DNA from: an uncultured delta proteobacterium
Lineage (GTDB): Bacteria > Myxococcota > Myxococcia > Myxococcales > Anaeromyxobacteraceae
Assembly (NCBI GenBank): GCA_963766715.1
Contig: CAVYBH010000001.1
Coordinates: forward strand, 32,001 to 96,000
Length of the DNA: 64,000 nucleotides
Direction of reading: 5' to 3'
Shown: in pieces, positions 22,714-34,600 of the stretch
How the letters are laid out: each line of letters starts with the position of its first letter
Numbering within the stretch: the first letter of the stretch is position 1
Notes under the pieces: generated by a model
The model's input: the letters and a program-made list of their open reading frames with translations, nothing else
Database searches by the model: none
What the model was told of the DNA's origin: nothing
Translations under genes and position numbers: made by a program

Positions 22714-22977
22714 ATGGCGTACATCACCGGACTCACCCGAGGCAGGCAGGAATGGACCCCGCGCTTCGTCCGCGCGGTCGACCCCGAGAAGTGCATCGGC
22801 TGTGGCCGCTGCATCAAGATCTGCGCCCACGACGTGCTGGCGCCGGCCGAGGTGGACGAGGAGGAGTCGGCCAAGATGTTCGCCGCCGTCGCCAACGCGG
22901 AGGCCTGCATCGGCTGCGAGGCCTGCGGCCGCACCTGCAAGAAGGACGCGTTCAGCTTCGAGCCGCTGCTCGCCTGA
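22714..22977 (+). CDS. nif-specific 2[4Fe-4S] ferredoxin (ferredoxin III/FdxB-like)
   Basis: WTPRFV..., [11 protein letters not shown] and [11 protein letters not shown]. Confidence 0.9.
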   Translation: MAYITGLTRGRQEWTPRFVRAVDPEKCIGCGRCIKICAHDVLAPAEVDEEESAKMFAAVANAEACIGCEACGRTCKKDAFSFEPLLA

Positions 22978-22988
22978 GGAGCGATGCC

Positions 22989-24437
22989 ATGACCGGCCTG
23001 CCCGTGGTCCGAGCATCCAACTGCACGTTCGGCCGCGGGTGCGGCGACGCCGGGAGCCCCGCGCGCCGCTCCCGCCCGACGTGGCGGCGCAGGTCGCGAG
23101 CCATCCCTGCTACAGCGAGGAGGCCCACCACCACTTCGCGCGCATGCACGTGGCGGTGGCCCCGGCGTGCAACATCCAGTGCAACTACTGCAACCGGAAG
23201 TACGACTGCGCGAACGAGAGCCGCCCCGGCGTGGTCTCGGAGCGGCTCCGTCCCGAGGACGCGGTCCGCAAGGTGCTGGCGGTGGCCGAGCAGGTGCCCG
23301 AGCTCTCGGTGGTGGGCATCGCCGGACCGGGCGACGCGCTCGCCAACGCCGAGGCCACCTTCGCCACGCTCGAGGGGGTCGCGCGGGCCGCGCCCGACCT
23401 CACCCTCTGCCTGTCGACGAACGGGCTCGCGCTGCCCGAGCACGTCGACCGGCTGGTGTCGCTCGGGGTCCGGCACGTGACGGTGACCGTCAACATGACC
23501 GACCCGGAGGTCGGCGAGCGGATCTACCCGTGGATCGTCCGGGACGGGCGGAAGGTCCGCGGGCGTCGAGGCCTCGCGCATCCTCTCCGAGCGGCAGCTC
23601 GAGGGCATCGCGCTCCTGCGGGCCCGGGGCGTCCTCGTGAAGGTGAACTCGGTCGTCATCCCCGGCGTGAACGACGCCCACCTGGCCGACGTCGCGCGGA
23701 CGGTCCGGGCGGCCGGGCGCCTTCCTCGTGAACCTGGTGCCCCTCATCTCCGCGCCGGAGCACGGGACCCACTTCGGCCTCACCGGCCAGCGCGGCCCGA
23801 CGCCGCGGAGCTCGAGGACGTGCAGCGGGCCTGCGAGCTCGACGCCCGGCTCATGCGCCACTGCCGGCAGTGCCGCGCCGACGCGGTGGGGCGGCTCGGC
23901 GAGGACCGCTTCGACTCCTTCACGCTCGCCCGGCTCCCCCCGGGCCCGGCCCGGGACGCGGGCGAAGCTCCGCGCCGAGCGGCGCGCCGCGGTGGAGCGG
24001 GTGCGGGCGGCGGCCGCCCGGGAGCGGGACGCGGCGCTCGTGTCGCCGCGAGGGTCGCGATGCCGGCCGCGCCGGCGGTCCGGGTGGCGGTGGCCACGAA
24101 GAGCGGCGGTCTGGTCGACCAGCACTTCGGCCACGCCCGGGAGTTCCTCGTCTACGACGTCTCGCCCGGCGGCGTGAAGCTCGTCGGCCGGCGCTCCGCC
24201 GAGACCTACTGCGCGGGCGGGGAGGGGGACGACGACGCGCTCGACGCGGTCCTGCGCGTCCCTCGCGGGCTGCGCGGCGGTCCTGGTGGCGAAGATCGGG
24301 CATTGCCCGCGCGGCCAGCTCGAGGCGGCCGGCATCGAGGCCTCCGAGGCGCAGGCCTTCCGCCCCATCGAGGCGGCGCTGCTCGAGTGGCTCCTCGCCC
24401 GCCAGGGGCACGGGGAGCGAGGGCGGTGGGCGCGTGA
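22989..24437 (+). CDS. nifB: Radical SAM FeMo-co biosynthesis protein NifB with C-terminal NifX-like domain (multiple frameshifts)
   Basis: [35 protein letters not shown]-terminal VDQHFGHA domain. Confidence 0.93.
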
Positions 24438-24741
24438 AGGTCCTCCCGCTGCCGGAGCTCGGCGCGGCGGAGCGGGCCGAGGACTTCTTCGAGGCGCTCG
24501 GCGTCTCCTACGACCGGCGCGTCGTCGAGGCCCACCGCACCCAGATCCTCCGCCTCTTCCACGTGGCCGTCGCGGCGCTCGAGGCGTCCGCGCCCTTCCT
24601 GGGCGAGGCCGGGCTCCGGGCCGCCCTCGGGGCCGCGCTGCGCGACGCGCACGACGCCGTCGTGGCCGGGGTCCGGGCGCCGTCCTCCACGCCGATGGCG
24701 GCAGGTGGTCCAGCTCCGGCGAGGCGCGCAGGGGCTGCTAG
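24434..24741 (+). CDS. nifW: NifW-like nitrogenase-stabilising protein (end uncertain)
   Basis: AEDFFEALGVSYDRRVV..HR.QIL..F; GTG overlaps the nifB stop. Confidence 0.7.
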
Positions 24742-26786
24742 ACGCTCTAGGGGCGCCGCGACGGGGGCGCGCAGGAGCGTGCCGATGTCCGCGGCCCGCC
24801 TCGCGTCCGGGCCGCCGGCTTCCCCTTCCTTGGTGAGCGGCGACGCCACCGCGACGCGCCTCGGGCCTGCGCCGCCCGCCGAGAGCGCGAGCGAGCGGGC
24901 CGCGGCGCGCGCGGACGCCTCCGGGGCCTCGAGGAGCGCCGCCGCCGTCTCCTCGGGCGCCGCCGCGGCGACCTCGCTCCACACGCCGGCCAGCTCCGAC
25001 TCCATCCCGGCCGCGGAGAGGTCGGCCAGCCGGACGATCGCCTCGATCACGCCCTCGGCGGCGAGGTCGGAGAGGGAGGTCACCACCGGCCACTCCGGCG
25101 GCGCGACCGCCGCGGCGCGGAGCCGCGCCAGGACCACCGGGGAGGGCGTCACGGCGTCGAGGAAGACGCGCCGGGCCCCGTCTCCGTCGGGGTCGGAGAG
25201 GTAGACGGCCTCGGCGGCGGCGAGCCGGACCGCCGGATCCTCCTCGAGGCGGGCCGCCGAGCGGAGGAAGGCCGAGGTTCCGCGCGTCGGCCGCCTGGCC
25301 GAGCCGGTAGTAGGAGGCGATCCGCGCGTCCGTCCCGTCGTCGCGCGGGCGCGACCGCGGCGAGCGCGGGGGGACGGGGCTGCGCGTCCCCTGCCGCGAG
25401 CAGCGCCCCCAGCTCGTCGACGGCGCGGACGGTCTGGACCCGCCCGTGGTGATCGTTCACCAGGACGGCGAAGGCGAGGCGCTCCCCGCCCGACGACTCG
25501 ACGTAGCCGCAGAGGCTCGTCACGCCCTGGAGCGTCCCGGTCTTGGCGCGGAGGCGGCCCGCCGCCGCCGTTCCCTCCATGCGCCAGCGGATGGTCCCGT
25601 CGCGTCCGGCCACGGGCAGGGCCGAGACGAACTCGGAGGCGAGCGGGAAGCGGCGCCACATCTCCTCGAGCAGCTGCACGGTCTGGCGCGCGCTGAAGCG
25701 GTTCGCGTCGTTCAGCCCCGAGCCGTTCCGCATGAGGTAGGAGCCCCGCGGGATCCCGGCGGCGGCCAGGAAGTCCTCCACGGCCGCGACTCCCTTCGGC
25801 CAGCTCCCCGGGGCGCCGCGGGCCTCGGCGCCCAGCGTCTTCAGGATCTGCTCGGCCACGAAGTTGTTCGAGTGCTTCTGGAGGCGGCGGACCACGAGCG
25901 AGAGCGGCTCCGACTCCGAGACGAGCAGGAGCGTCGCGCCCTCCGGCACCGGGCCTCGCCGGACCGGGCCGGTCACCTTCACCCCGCGCTGCTCGAGGAG
26001 CCGGCGCAGGGTGGAGCCGAAGTGCAGGGGCGGATCGTCCACGCGCCGCCAGAGGACCTGGCTCCGCCCGCCGACCGGGACCTGCCCGGTCACCACCACC
26101 CGCTGGTGTCCGTTCGATCCGGGGCGGGAGCTGACCTTCACGCGCCGCTTGGCGCGCGGCCCCACCGTGACGGCCCGGTTCTCCAGCTCGACGAAGTCGC
26201 CGGGCGGCTCGGTGCGCACGAGCGCGGGCGCGCCCGCCTTGGCCCCGGGCGAGACGCGGACCGCGACGGTGTTGAAGTCGAGCGACACGGCGCCGGCCGG
26301 GGCCAGGTAGGCGCGATCTCCCTCCTCCTGGTCGAAGCCGGGCCCTTCCCGCACGGCGTCGAAGAAGGAGTCGTCCACCACCACGTCGCGCGACCCGCGC
26401 GAGCCCCAGCCCGGCGAGCTCGCCCGCCACGGACCAGAGCCGCTCGGCGACGAAGGTGGGGTCGCCCTTGCCGCGCACGTAGAGGGTCCTCGCCCCGTTC
26501 GGCGCCGGGGCCGGTGAAGAACTCGGTCTCGAAGCGGTACTCGGGGCCCAGCCGGCCGAGCGCCGCGGCGGCCGTGAAGAGCTTCACGTTGGAGGCCGGG
26601 TTCAGGAGCTCGTCGGGCGCCCGGGAGAAGATCACCTCGCCGGTGTCGAGCGACTTCACGAGCACGCCCACGCGCGCCCCCGCGAGGGCAGGGGACGACG
26701 GTGGCCGCCGAGAGCGCCGCGCGCAGCCCGGCGTGGGGCGAGGCGGCGACGAGGAGGGCGGCGGCGGCGATGGTGAAGGAGGGCAA
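24740..26786 (-). CDS. dacB: D-alanyl-D-alanine carboxypeptidase/endopeptidase (PBP4, S13) with C-terminal HEAT-like extension (frameshifts; 3' end approximate)
   Basis: PASNVK (SxxK), SNN, NGSGL, KTGT motifs across three frames. Confidence 0.85.
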
Positions 26787-26865
26787 GGGCTCGGGTCCCG
26801 ACGGACTCCCGCGATCCTACGCCAGCCGCCGGCCGGGCGCGAGATGCGGAGCCGGCGAAAACCCT

Positions 26866-26919
26866 TTGACGGGCCCGGCCCGGTCCGGTACCTTGTCAAT
26901 AATGAGAATCGTTCTCAAT
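26866..26919 (+). promoter_or_regulatory. Sigma70-like promoter with Fur-family box
   Basis: TTGACG-17bp-TACCTT; AATAATGAGAATCGTTCTC (26898-26916) matches 15 of 19 positions of GATAATGATAATCATTATC. Confidence 0.7.
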
Positions 26920-27823
26920 ATACTTCCGGGAGGGACCTCCCCGGGGTCCCGGGCCCCGGCGCTCCTCCTCCTGCGTCCTCCTGGCGGCCCCGGCGGCATC
27001 CCGGGCAGACGAGGCGCTCCTCCCCGGCTGGCGGTGGAGCAGCGGCTCGACGAGCCGGCGGAGGGGGCGCCGGTCGAGCACGGCAAGGCCTTCACCGGAG
27101 ACGCCACGCCCATCGAGCCGGGGCACGTCGAGGTCGAGCTGGCCTACGCCCCCACCTGGTGGGCCACCGCCGGCGCCGTGGACCGGCAGGCAGGCGAGCA
27201 GCACCCCGTCGCCGCCGCGGTGGGCGTCGGGCTCCTCCGCGACGTCGATGCGCGCCTGGTGCTGGGCTGGTCCATGGTCCATGCCACGCCCGGCCTCCCG
27301 GGTGCGCCCGTGCACGGGCAGGGGCTCACCGACACCACCGTGGCGGTGCGCTGGCGATTCCTCTCCCTCCCCGGCCCCCAGGTCGACCTCGCGGTGAGCG
27401 CCGCCGTGACCCTGCCCACCGGCAGCCGGGCCACGCCGGACCGGCTGGGCACGAGCGCCGAGAGGTGGAGCGCGGGCGGAGCGCTGCTCGCCTCCGGCGA
27501 CTGGGGGCGCCTCACGGCGGGGGCCGAGCTCGGGTTCAGCGCACCGGTCGGCGCCAGCGGCTCGAACGACGTCGGGCTCCTCGTCTGCAACGCGCGCGGT
27601 GGGCTACCAGGTGCTGCCGTGGCTGCAGCCCGAGGTCGAGCTCAACTACCAGCACGAGCTGGAGCTGGGCGAGGAGCGGGACGAGCGGGTCCTCTGGGCC
27701 ACCGCGGCGCTGGTCGTTCCCCTCGACCGCGTGCGCCTCGTGGTCGGCGGCCGGATCCCGATCTGGGCGCGGGACACCGCCGCCGGGCCGATGATGACGG
27801 CGGCGGTCAAGCTCGCCTTCTGA
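26902..27823 (+). CDS. Hypothetical outer-membrane beta-barrel/transporter (frameshifts)
   Basis: DATPIEPGHVEVE, GLTDTTVAVRWRF, LPTG, amphipathic strands, C-terminal VKLAF. Confidence 0.55.
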
Positions 27824-29697
27824 TCGCCTCGCGGACACGCGCGGCGCGGGCGAGCCGCTCCGCCGACAGCCGCAGCAGGTCGCGCCGGTCGCGCGCCACC
27901 GCCGCCGCCGACATCCCGAGGGCCGCGCCCGCCAGGCGGTCGAGCTCCCGCTGGGCCGGCCGGTCGAGCATGGCCGCGAGATCCGTGGTCACCGGATCGC
28001 GGCCCAGCGCCGCGTGGAGGCGGCGCAGCGCGGGGAGCAAGGGGCGGAGCGAGGCGGCGTCGGGAAACGGCGCGGCCGCCAGCACGCCACAGTCGATGTC
28101 GGCGATGGCCTGCGCGCCGGTCAGCTGCCGCGCGCCGCGCTCCACCGCGATGCGGATGGGGGTCGAGGAGAGGAGCAGCGCGAGCAGCCACGGCTCGACG
28201 CCGCGCGGGAAGAGGGCGTGCCACTTCTTGTCCTCGAGGAGCCCGTCGACGTTGTGGAAGGCGAAGGCCCGCGTGCCCACCTTGGCCGGGTAGAGGACGG
28301 GAGCGGGTGCACGCCCCGGCGACACGCGCCACCAGGTCCCGCGAGAGGCGCACGTCGGCCTCAGGTCCACGCCGAGCGACACTCCGGCCCGGAGGTAGGC
28401 CCGGGCCGCCGGCGACGGTTCCTCCGGCCGGAAGAGGACCCGGACCGGGCGTCCGACCTCGGGCGCGATGGCGTCGCGCAGGCCCGCCAGCAGCGGGGCG
28501 ACGTCGCCGGGCGAGAGCCGGACCTCCCCGCAGAGCGCGCTCCGGTAGCGGCCGCCTCCGAGCGGCCGAAGGTGGAAGAAGCCGTTCGCGCCGGTCTTCA
28601 TGCCGAAGCGGACCTCGCAGACGTCGCCGACCCGGAGGCCGGAGGCAGGCGCTCGCGGAGGGACGTCGCGCCAGCCGGACCCGCCGCCCGCCGCGCCCGG
28701 CGGCGAGCGCGGCGAGCTCCGCGGGCGTGAGCGCTCCGAGCGCCACCGTGGCCTCCGCGGCCGGGGCGTCCGGCCCTCCCAGGACCCAGACCGCCAGCGA
28801 GGTCTCCACCGAGGCCGCGAAGCTCCCCTCGACGGTCGAGCGGAGCGAGAGCGCGAAGCCGCCCCGGGCCCGGGCGTCGTCCCGCAGCGGCGCGGCCGAG
28901 CGGGAGGTGGCGAGCGCGCGCGGAAGCACGAGACCGCAGGCCGGGGCGTGGCGGAGCGCGAGCTGGACCAGGTGGGCCGAGAGGTCGGCCTGCCGGGAGA
29001 GGCCGCTCCGGCCGGCGGCCCGCGCCTTCCAGGCGGCGGGCAGGGCCTCGTGGCGGAGGAAGGGCGGGTTCATGAGCAGCAGGTCGCAGGCGGGCCATTC
29101 GACGGCCAGCGCGTCGCCGCGCCGGACCTCCGCGTCGGCCCCGAGGAGGCCCAGGCGCAGCGAGGCGGCGCGGGTGGCGAGGGGAGAGAGGTCGAGGCCC
29201 AGGAGCCGGAGGCGCGCGCCGGCCCGGGACGCCAGCAGCTCCGCCGCGGCGAGCAGCGAGCCGCCGCCGCAGGCCGGGTCGAGCACGCGCAGTCCGTCGA
29301 GCGCCGACCGGAGCGACGGGGGCGGGGCGGTCTTCCCGAGGAGCGCGGCCACCCCCGCCGGCAAGGCCGGGCCGCCTCGCCGGGCCGCCGCCGCCGCCAG
29401 CGCGAAGGCGGCCAGCACGCGCCCCTCCTCGCCGCCCGTGAACACCGCCCCGCGAGCGCCGCGGAGCGCCCGGGCGAGCAGCGCCTCGAGCAATCGCCCG
29501 TCGACCGCGCCGGGGAGCGGCGCCCGCTCGGAGGCGAAGGGGATCCCGGCCAGCGTGGACGACGCCCTCCGCGGAGGTGCGTGGCCGCCTCCTCCAGGGC
29601 GCGCCGGGAGGGAAGCGCGCCGAGACGCAGGAGCGCGGCCGCCGTGGCGGCGTCGACGTCGGACGACCTCGCGGCGGATGGGGCCAGGCGACGCCAT
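27807..29697 (-). CDS. N6-adenine DNA methyltransferase (gamma-class motif order; frameshift ~28640; start uncertain)
   Basis: GAVFT, VLDPACGGG (motif I), GDAL, MNPPF (motif IV), DL; C-terminal FGMKTGANGFF TRD-like region. Confidence 0.75.
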
Positions 29698-29798
29698 TCT
29701 ACGTCACGGCGCGGGCCGGGCCGCTATCGGCCGTCATCGCGCGGAACTGGCGAGGCCGGCCGGGGAGGATAGGATTCGCGCAGAACCGGGAGAGACGC

Positions 29799-30065
29799 AT
29801 GACGCATTCCGACGAGCGCGTGGCATCCGAGATGGGGCGCGCCCTCATGGCCATCTATCGGGCCGGGCTCCAGGTCCGGGTGTGGCCCGACGCGCTCCAC
29901 GGACGCGCCGGGGCGCGCATCGTCACCGGCCCCACCGCGCGCCGCCGTCGCGCCGGCTCCCCCCGGTCGGCCACCGGCAGCGGCGACTCCCCGCTCGCCG
30001 CCATCTACGCCGCCGTGCACCGCCTGAACGAGCGCACCGGCGCCGTGGTGGTGCGGCTGGAGTAG
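29799..30065 (+). CDS. Small hypothetical protein
   Basis: 88 aa ORF with GC3-biased codons, RBS GGAGA. Confidence 0.55.
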   Translation: MTHSDERVASEMGRALMAIYRAGLQVRVWPDALHGRAGARIVTGPTARRRRAGSPRSATGSGDSPLAAIYAAVHRLNERTGAVVVRLE

Positions 30066-30066
30066 T

Positions 30067-30348
30067 TCAGGTGAAGAGGGCGTCGAGCTTTCGCTCGATG
30101 TCCTCCTCGACCCGCGCACGCATCGAGCCGGGGACGAGCATCGGGTACTTCATCTCCACCACGACCTCGCTCGACTTCACGGCGAACGTGCCGGTGATGC
30201 CCATCTTCGAGACCTTGCCGGAGCGGAGCGCGTCGTCCTTGCGGTAGTCGAGCGACAGCTTCTCGGCGATCGCCGACATCATCTCGTGCACCTTCTGGTA
30301 GATCTCGTCGTCCTTGCGCCCCGTGAACTTTCGGGTGATGCGGGCCAT
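30067..30348 (-). CDS. Small protein, polyhydroxyalkanoate-system (PHA_gran_rgn)-like
   Basis: 93 aa MARITRKF...VEEDIERKLDALFT; RBS AAGGAG; family call from fold-like pattern only. Confidence 0.55.
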   Translation of the reverse strand: MARITRKFTGRKDDEIYQKVHEMMSAIAEKLSLDYRKDDALRSGKVSKMGITGTFAVKSSEVVVEMKYPMLVPGSMRARVEEDIERKLDALFT

Positions 30349-31077
30349 CACTTCTCCTTCCGTGAACGGTGGTAGCGGGTGGGATCGGGGACGCCGGCCT
30401 CCTCGAAGCCCCGGCGCCGCAGGTGGCAGGCGTCGCAGCGGCCGCAGGCCCGCCCCCGGACCGGGTCGTAGCAGGTCTGCGTGATGCCGTACGGCACGCC
30501 CAGGCGCGTCCCCAGCCGGACGATGCCCTTCTTGGAGAGCCGCAGGAGCGGCGCGTGGATGCGCAGCCGGCCGCCCTCGACGCCGGCCCGGGTGGCCACG
30601 CGGGCCAGCCGCTCGAAGGCGCGCAGGAAGGGCGGGCGGCAGTCGGGGTAGCCGGAGTAGTCCACGGCGTTCACGCCCAGGAAGATGTCGTCCGCCCCCA
30701 GCACCTCGGCCCAGGCGAGCGCGAGCGAGAGCATGACCGTGTTGCGGGCCGGGACGTAGGTGACCGGGATGCCGGTCCCCATCTCGGCCTCGGCCCGGTC
30801 CTTGGGCACCGGCGATGGCGCCGTCGGTGAGGGCCGACCCGCCGAAGAGGGAGAGGTTCACCCGGGCCACGCGATGGCTCGCCGCGCCCAGCGCCCGGGC
30901 CACCCGGCGGGCCGCGGCCAGCTCGCCGCGGTGGCGCTGGCCGTAGTCGACCGACAGGCAATGGGCCTCGAACCCCTCGTCCCGGGCGACGGCGAGCACC
31001 GTGGAGGAATCGAGGCCGCCGGAGAGGAGGACGACGGCGCGGCGGGGCCGGGCCCGGGATCGCTTGCGGGTCGCCAT
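30348..31077 (-). CDS. queC: 7-cyano-7-deazaguanine synthase (frameshift ~30810)
   Basis: [31 protein letters not shown]....CGRCDAC. Confidence 0.93.
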
Positions 31078-31086
31078 CGGGGGAGC

Positions 31087-31686
31087 CTAACGGCTTCCGA
31101 CCACCGTCGCCGCCAGGTCGTAGGAGTAGGTGCAGGTCTGCTGGCAGTTGCAGAGCTGGGCCGGGTCGGTTCCGGGGGGCGGATTCACCGTGTTGACGAG
31201 GCTCCCGGTGAGCCCGGAGTACCCGCCGCCCGGGATTGGCGTGAGGTCCGCCTGGATCCGCTGCTCGAGCAGCACCTGGCAGGAGCAGTTCGAGGACGGG
31301 GAGTCGGGCGGGCAGCCGCACTTCGCGGCGGCGGCCGCCTCGGCGCTCGGGCAGGTGCAGCCGCCCACCTGCACGGTGAAGACCGACGCCACGTCGATGC
31401 TCACGCCCGAGTACGTTCCCGCGTTGGGCAGCGCGTGCGGCCGGTCCACGCAGAGGAGCGCGTCGTTGCTCCCGGGGAGGAAGCTGACGGTGCCCGGGAA
31501 GGAGATGGGGCTGCTCGCCTGGCCGCCGGGCCCGGCGAAGAAGCAATCCGTCTGGAGGTAGACCCGCTCGGCGACGAAGTCGAACGTTCCCTGCCGGTCG
31601 GCCGGACACGCGATCGGGCTGGGAACGGCGTAGACCTCGCAGCCGCAGAGCAGGAGCGCGGTGACGACGGCGGCGGGAAGCCTCAC
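31087..31686 (-). CDS. Cys-rich putative lipoprotein
   Basis: Signal peptide ending LLCG-C; 14 Cys in ~199 aa. Confidence 0.6.
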   Translation of the reverse strand: MRLPAAVVTALLLCGCEVYAVPSPIACPADRQGTFDFVAERVYLQTDCFFAGPGGQASSPISFPGTVSFLPGSNDALLCVDRPHALPNAGTYSGVSIDVASVFTVQVGGCTCPSAEAAAAAKCGCPPDSPSSNCSCQVLLEQRIQADLTPIPGGGYSGLTGSLVNTVNPPPGTDPAQLCNCQQTCTYSYDLAATVVGSR

Positions 31687-34600
31687 GGCCACCCCAGCAG
31701 CATACCGCGGAGATCGAGGAATCGATCCGAGAGCGCGAAGCGGGACAGGTCGGCGAGGTCCGGCCGCTCGAGCGTCGCGGCCGCCTCGGCCACCACGCCC
31801 GGGCGCTGGAGGCGGGCGAGCGCGACGAGGGCTCCGTGCAGGTCGCCGGCGTGGAGAAGCGCCACCCGGCTGGCCGTCCACTCGACGGAGCGGGCGAGCT
31901 CGAGCGGATCGAGCGCGCCCAGCTCGGCGGCGCTCCCCGGCCCGAGCTCGGCCAGGTAGTCGCGCATCGACGGCGGGACCGCGCGATCGAGCGCGTCCAG
32001 GAAGGCCCCGGCCCGTTCCGGCGGCAGCGCGCGGGAGGACGGGTTGCCCCCGGCAAAGCGGGCGGCGAGCTCGCAGAGGATGAGGACGTCTCGCGGGGCG
32101 AACTTCCCGAGAAGGGCCCAGCCGGCCATCGCCAGGGCGGAGGAGCGGGCCGCCAGGAAGGCGATCGCCCCCGGGGCCATCGAGGCGACGTCGGCGGCCA
32201 GCACCAGGGAGGGAGGCCGGGTGTTCTCGAGGGCCGCGTACAGCCCCGGACGCCGGCCGCAGAAGAGGGCCAGCGGACGCCCGGAGAGGGCGCGGGTCGC
32301 CGAGTCCAGCGCGCCGTGCAGGGCCGGGGCGGCCGCCGGCGCGACCCGGTCGGCAGGCCCGACGCCGAAGCGCGCCAGGTCGACCGGGAAGAGGGGCTCC
32401 AGGTACGGGGAGAGCAGGGAGAGCAGCCGGGCGGTCGGGCCGTCGGCGCCGGGGCAGCGCGATCTGCGAACGGACCGCGGAGTCGATGCCGAAGGCGAGG
32501 TCGAGCGGGCGCGGGGCCGGACCGATGCGCTGGGCGAACCGGGCCAGGCCGTCGGCGATGGCGCCCCGCTCGGCGCGCTGCACCCGCTCCCTGGCGTCGG
32601 GCTCGCCGGCGGCGAGCTCGCGAGAGAGGATCGCCACGGCCCGGGCAGCCCGGACGTCGGACGGGTGGTCCCGCAGCGAGGCGAGGTGGCTCGCGGCCAG
32701 CTCGAGGGCCTGGCCGCGCCGGCTGGCCCGGAGGCTCGAGAGTGCCGCCGCGGTGGCGGGGTCCTCCGGGTCGAGCGCGGAGGCCTTCTCGAGCAGGGAC
32801 GCGGCGCGGTCGGCGTCGGAGAGGCGAGCCACCGGCGAAGTCGGCGAGCTCCCGGTAGCGGCTCGGCGGCGGCAGCGGGGTCGGTGGGTGCGATCGCGTC
32901 GGCGTAGGCCTCCCCGAGAGAGACCGCCTCCTCGGTGTGGCCGAGCTTCTCCGCCACCCGGGCGAGGCCGATCGTCAGCTCGAGGTGGTCGGGGTCGATC
33001 TCCCGGGCCAGCTTGAGGCGCGCGTAGGCGGCGCCCAGCTCGCCCGAGTCGGCCAGCGCGCGAGCCGAGGCGAGCAGCGGCCGGAGCAGGTCGGCGATGC
33101 TGGGACCCTTCTCCGCGTCGGCCTCCGCTGCGGGCCCGGCGGGGCCGGGAACGGGGGGCGCGTCGCCGGCGCCCGCGCGCGGGCGCTCGGCCCGCGACAG
33201 GAGCGCGGACGCGCGCAGGTCCTCGCCGGCAAGCGCCAGCGCCGAGGCCGCGCGCGCGACCAGCGCCGCCACCTGGGGATCGTCGCCGCCTCCCTCGTCG
33301 AGCCGGAGGACGGCCAGGCTCTCGAGCAGCACGACGGCGTCGTCGCCCCGATCGTCGAGCGACGCGGCCACCTGGACCCCCGTCTCGAGCGAGCGGCGCC
33401 GGTCGATCGGACGCCCCTGGGAGGCGGCGAGCTCGGCGGCGCGACGGGCGGCCGCGAGCGCACCCGGGAGGTCGCCCTCGGCGGCGCGCGCCTCGGCGAG
33501 GCCGGCGACGGCGGCCGCGTCGGCCGGGTCGGCGGCCAGGCAGGACTCGTAGGCGCGGGCAGCAGGCCCCGGGCGGCCGGCGGAGAAGAGGAGGTCGGCG
33601 CGGGTGCGGTGGCAGGCTGCCGCCTCGGCCGGCACCTCGGCGGCGCGCAGGGACAGGATGGCGTCGGTGGCGTCGACGTCCCCCGAGGCATCGGCCAGCG
33701 CGCTCCGGAAGGCGTTCTCGTCGACGGGCCAGGCCACGAACGTGGCGCGCGTGGCCTCGCGGAGCCCGGTCGGCGTCGCCCGCCTCCGCGAAGGCGGCGG
33801 CGGCCTCCCGGAGGTGTCCTGCGCGAACCGGGCCGGGTGGCGTCTCGTCGGCGATGGCGAGGAAGGCCTCGGCCCTGGCCAGCGGATCGGCGCCCAGGGC
33901 CTTGCCGACGCGCGCGGGCCGCCGCGCCGTCGAACGGATCGGAGCGGCAGAGGGCGAGCAGGTACGGTGCGCTCTCTTCCCCGCGCCCCAGCGCGGAGAG
34001 GCGCGCCGCCGCCTCGAGGAGCGGGGCACGCCCCGGCGGCGGCTCCGCCAGGACGGCGAGCAGCGCCGGGACCGCGAGCGCGCGGGTGGCGCTCGTCCTC
34101 GGCGTCGGTGAGCACCTCGGCGGCGCGCAGCCGCAGGCGGGCCCGCGCGTCGGGGTCGGGCTCGCGGGCCGAGCGGTCGAGCAGCGTGCGCCCCAGCTCG
34201 GCGAAGCGCCCGGTGGTGGCGAGGAGCCGGTCGAGCTCGGACTCGGCCGACGGGTCGCCGGGAGCGGCGTCGAGCGCGTCCCGGAGCGCCCGGAGCGCGC
34301 CAGGGGAATCCGCCAGGGGGCCGCGCAGGACCCGGGAGAGCGCCACGAGCGCCTCGGCGCGCGCCGGGCCCTCGGTCCGTCCGGCTCGGGCGGCGAGGAC
34401 CTCCGCGAGCAAGGGGGCTCCCGAGTCGCCGCGGGTCAGCGCGATCGACTCCAGCTCGCCCCACGCGCCGGCGTCGCCGGGGTCGCGCGCAGAGGGCGCG
34501 ACGGAGGACCTGCTCGGCCGAGGGCGCGTCGCCGGTGTCGAGGAGCGCACGGGCCGCCCGGCGTGCCAGCGCGCTCGCGCGTGCGAGGTCGCCGCGCGCG

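Noticed and set aside
30348..31077. queC plus nearby methyltransferase as a Dpd/Qat defence system
   Set aside because: QueC is canonical housekeeping type; no dpdA/tgt-like, TatD or ATPase genes are nearby.
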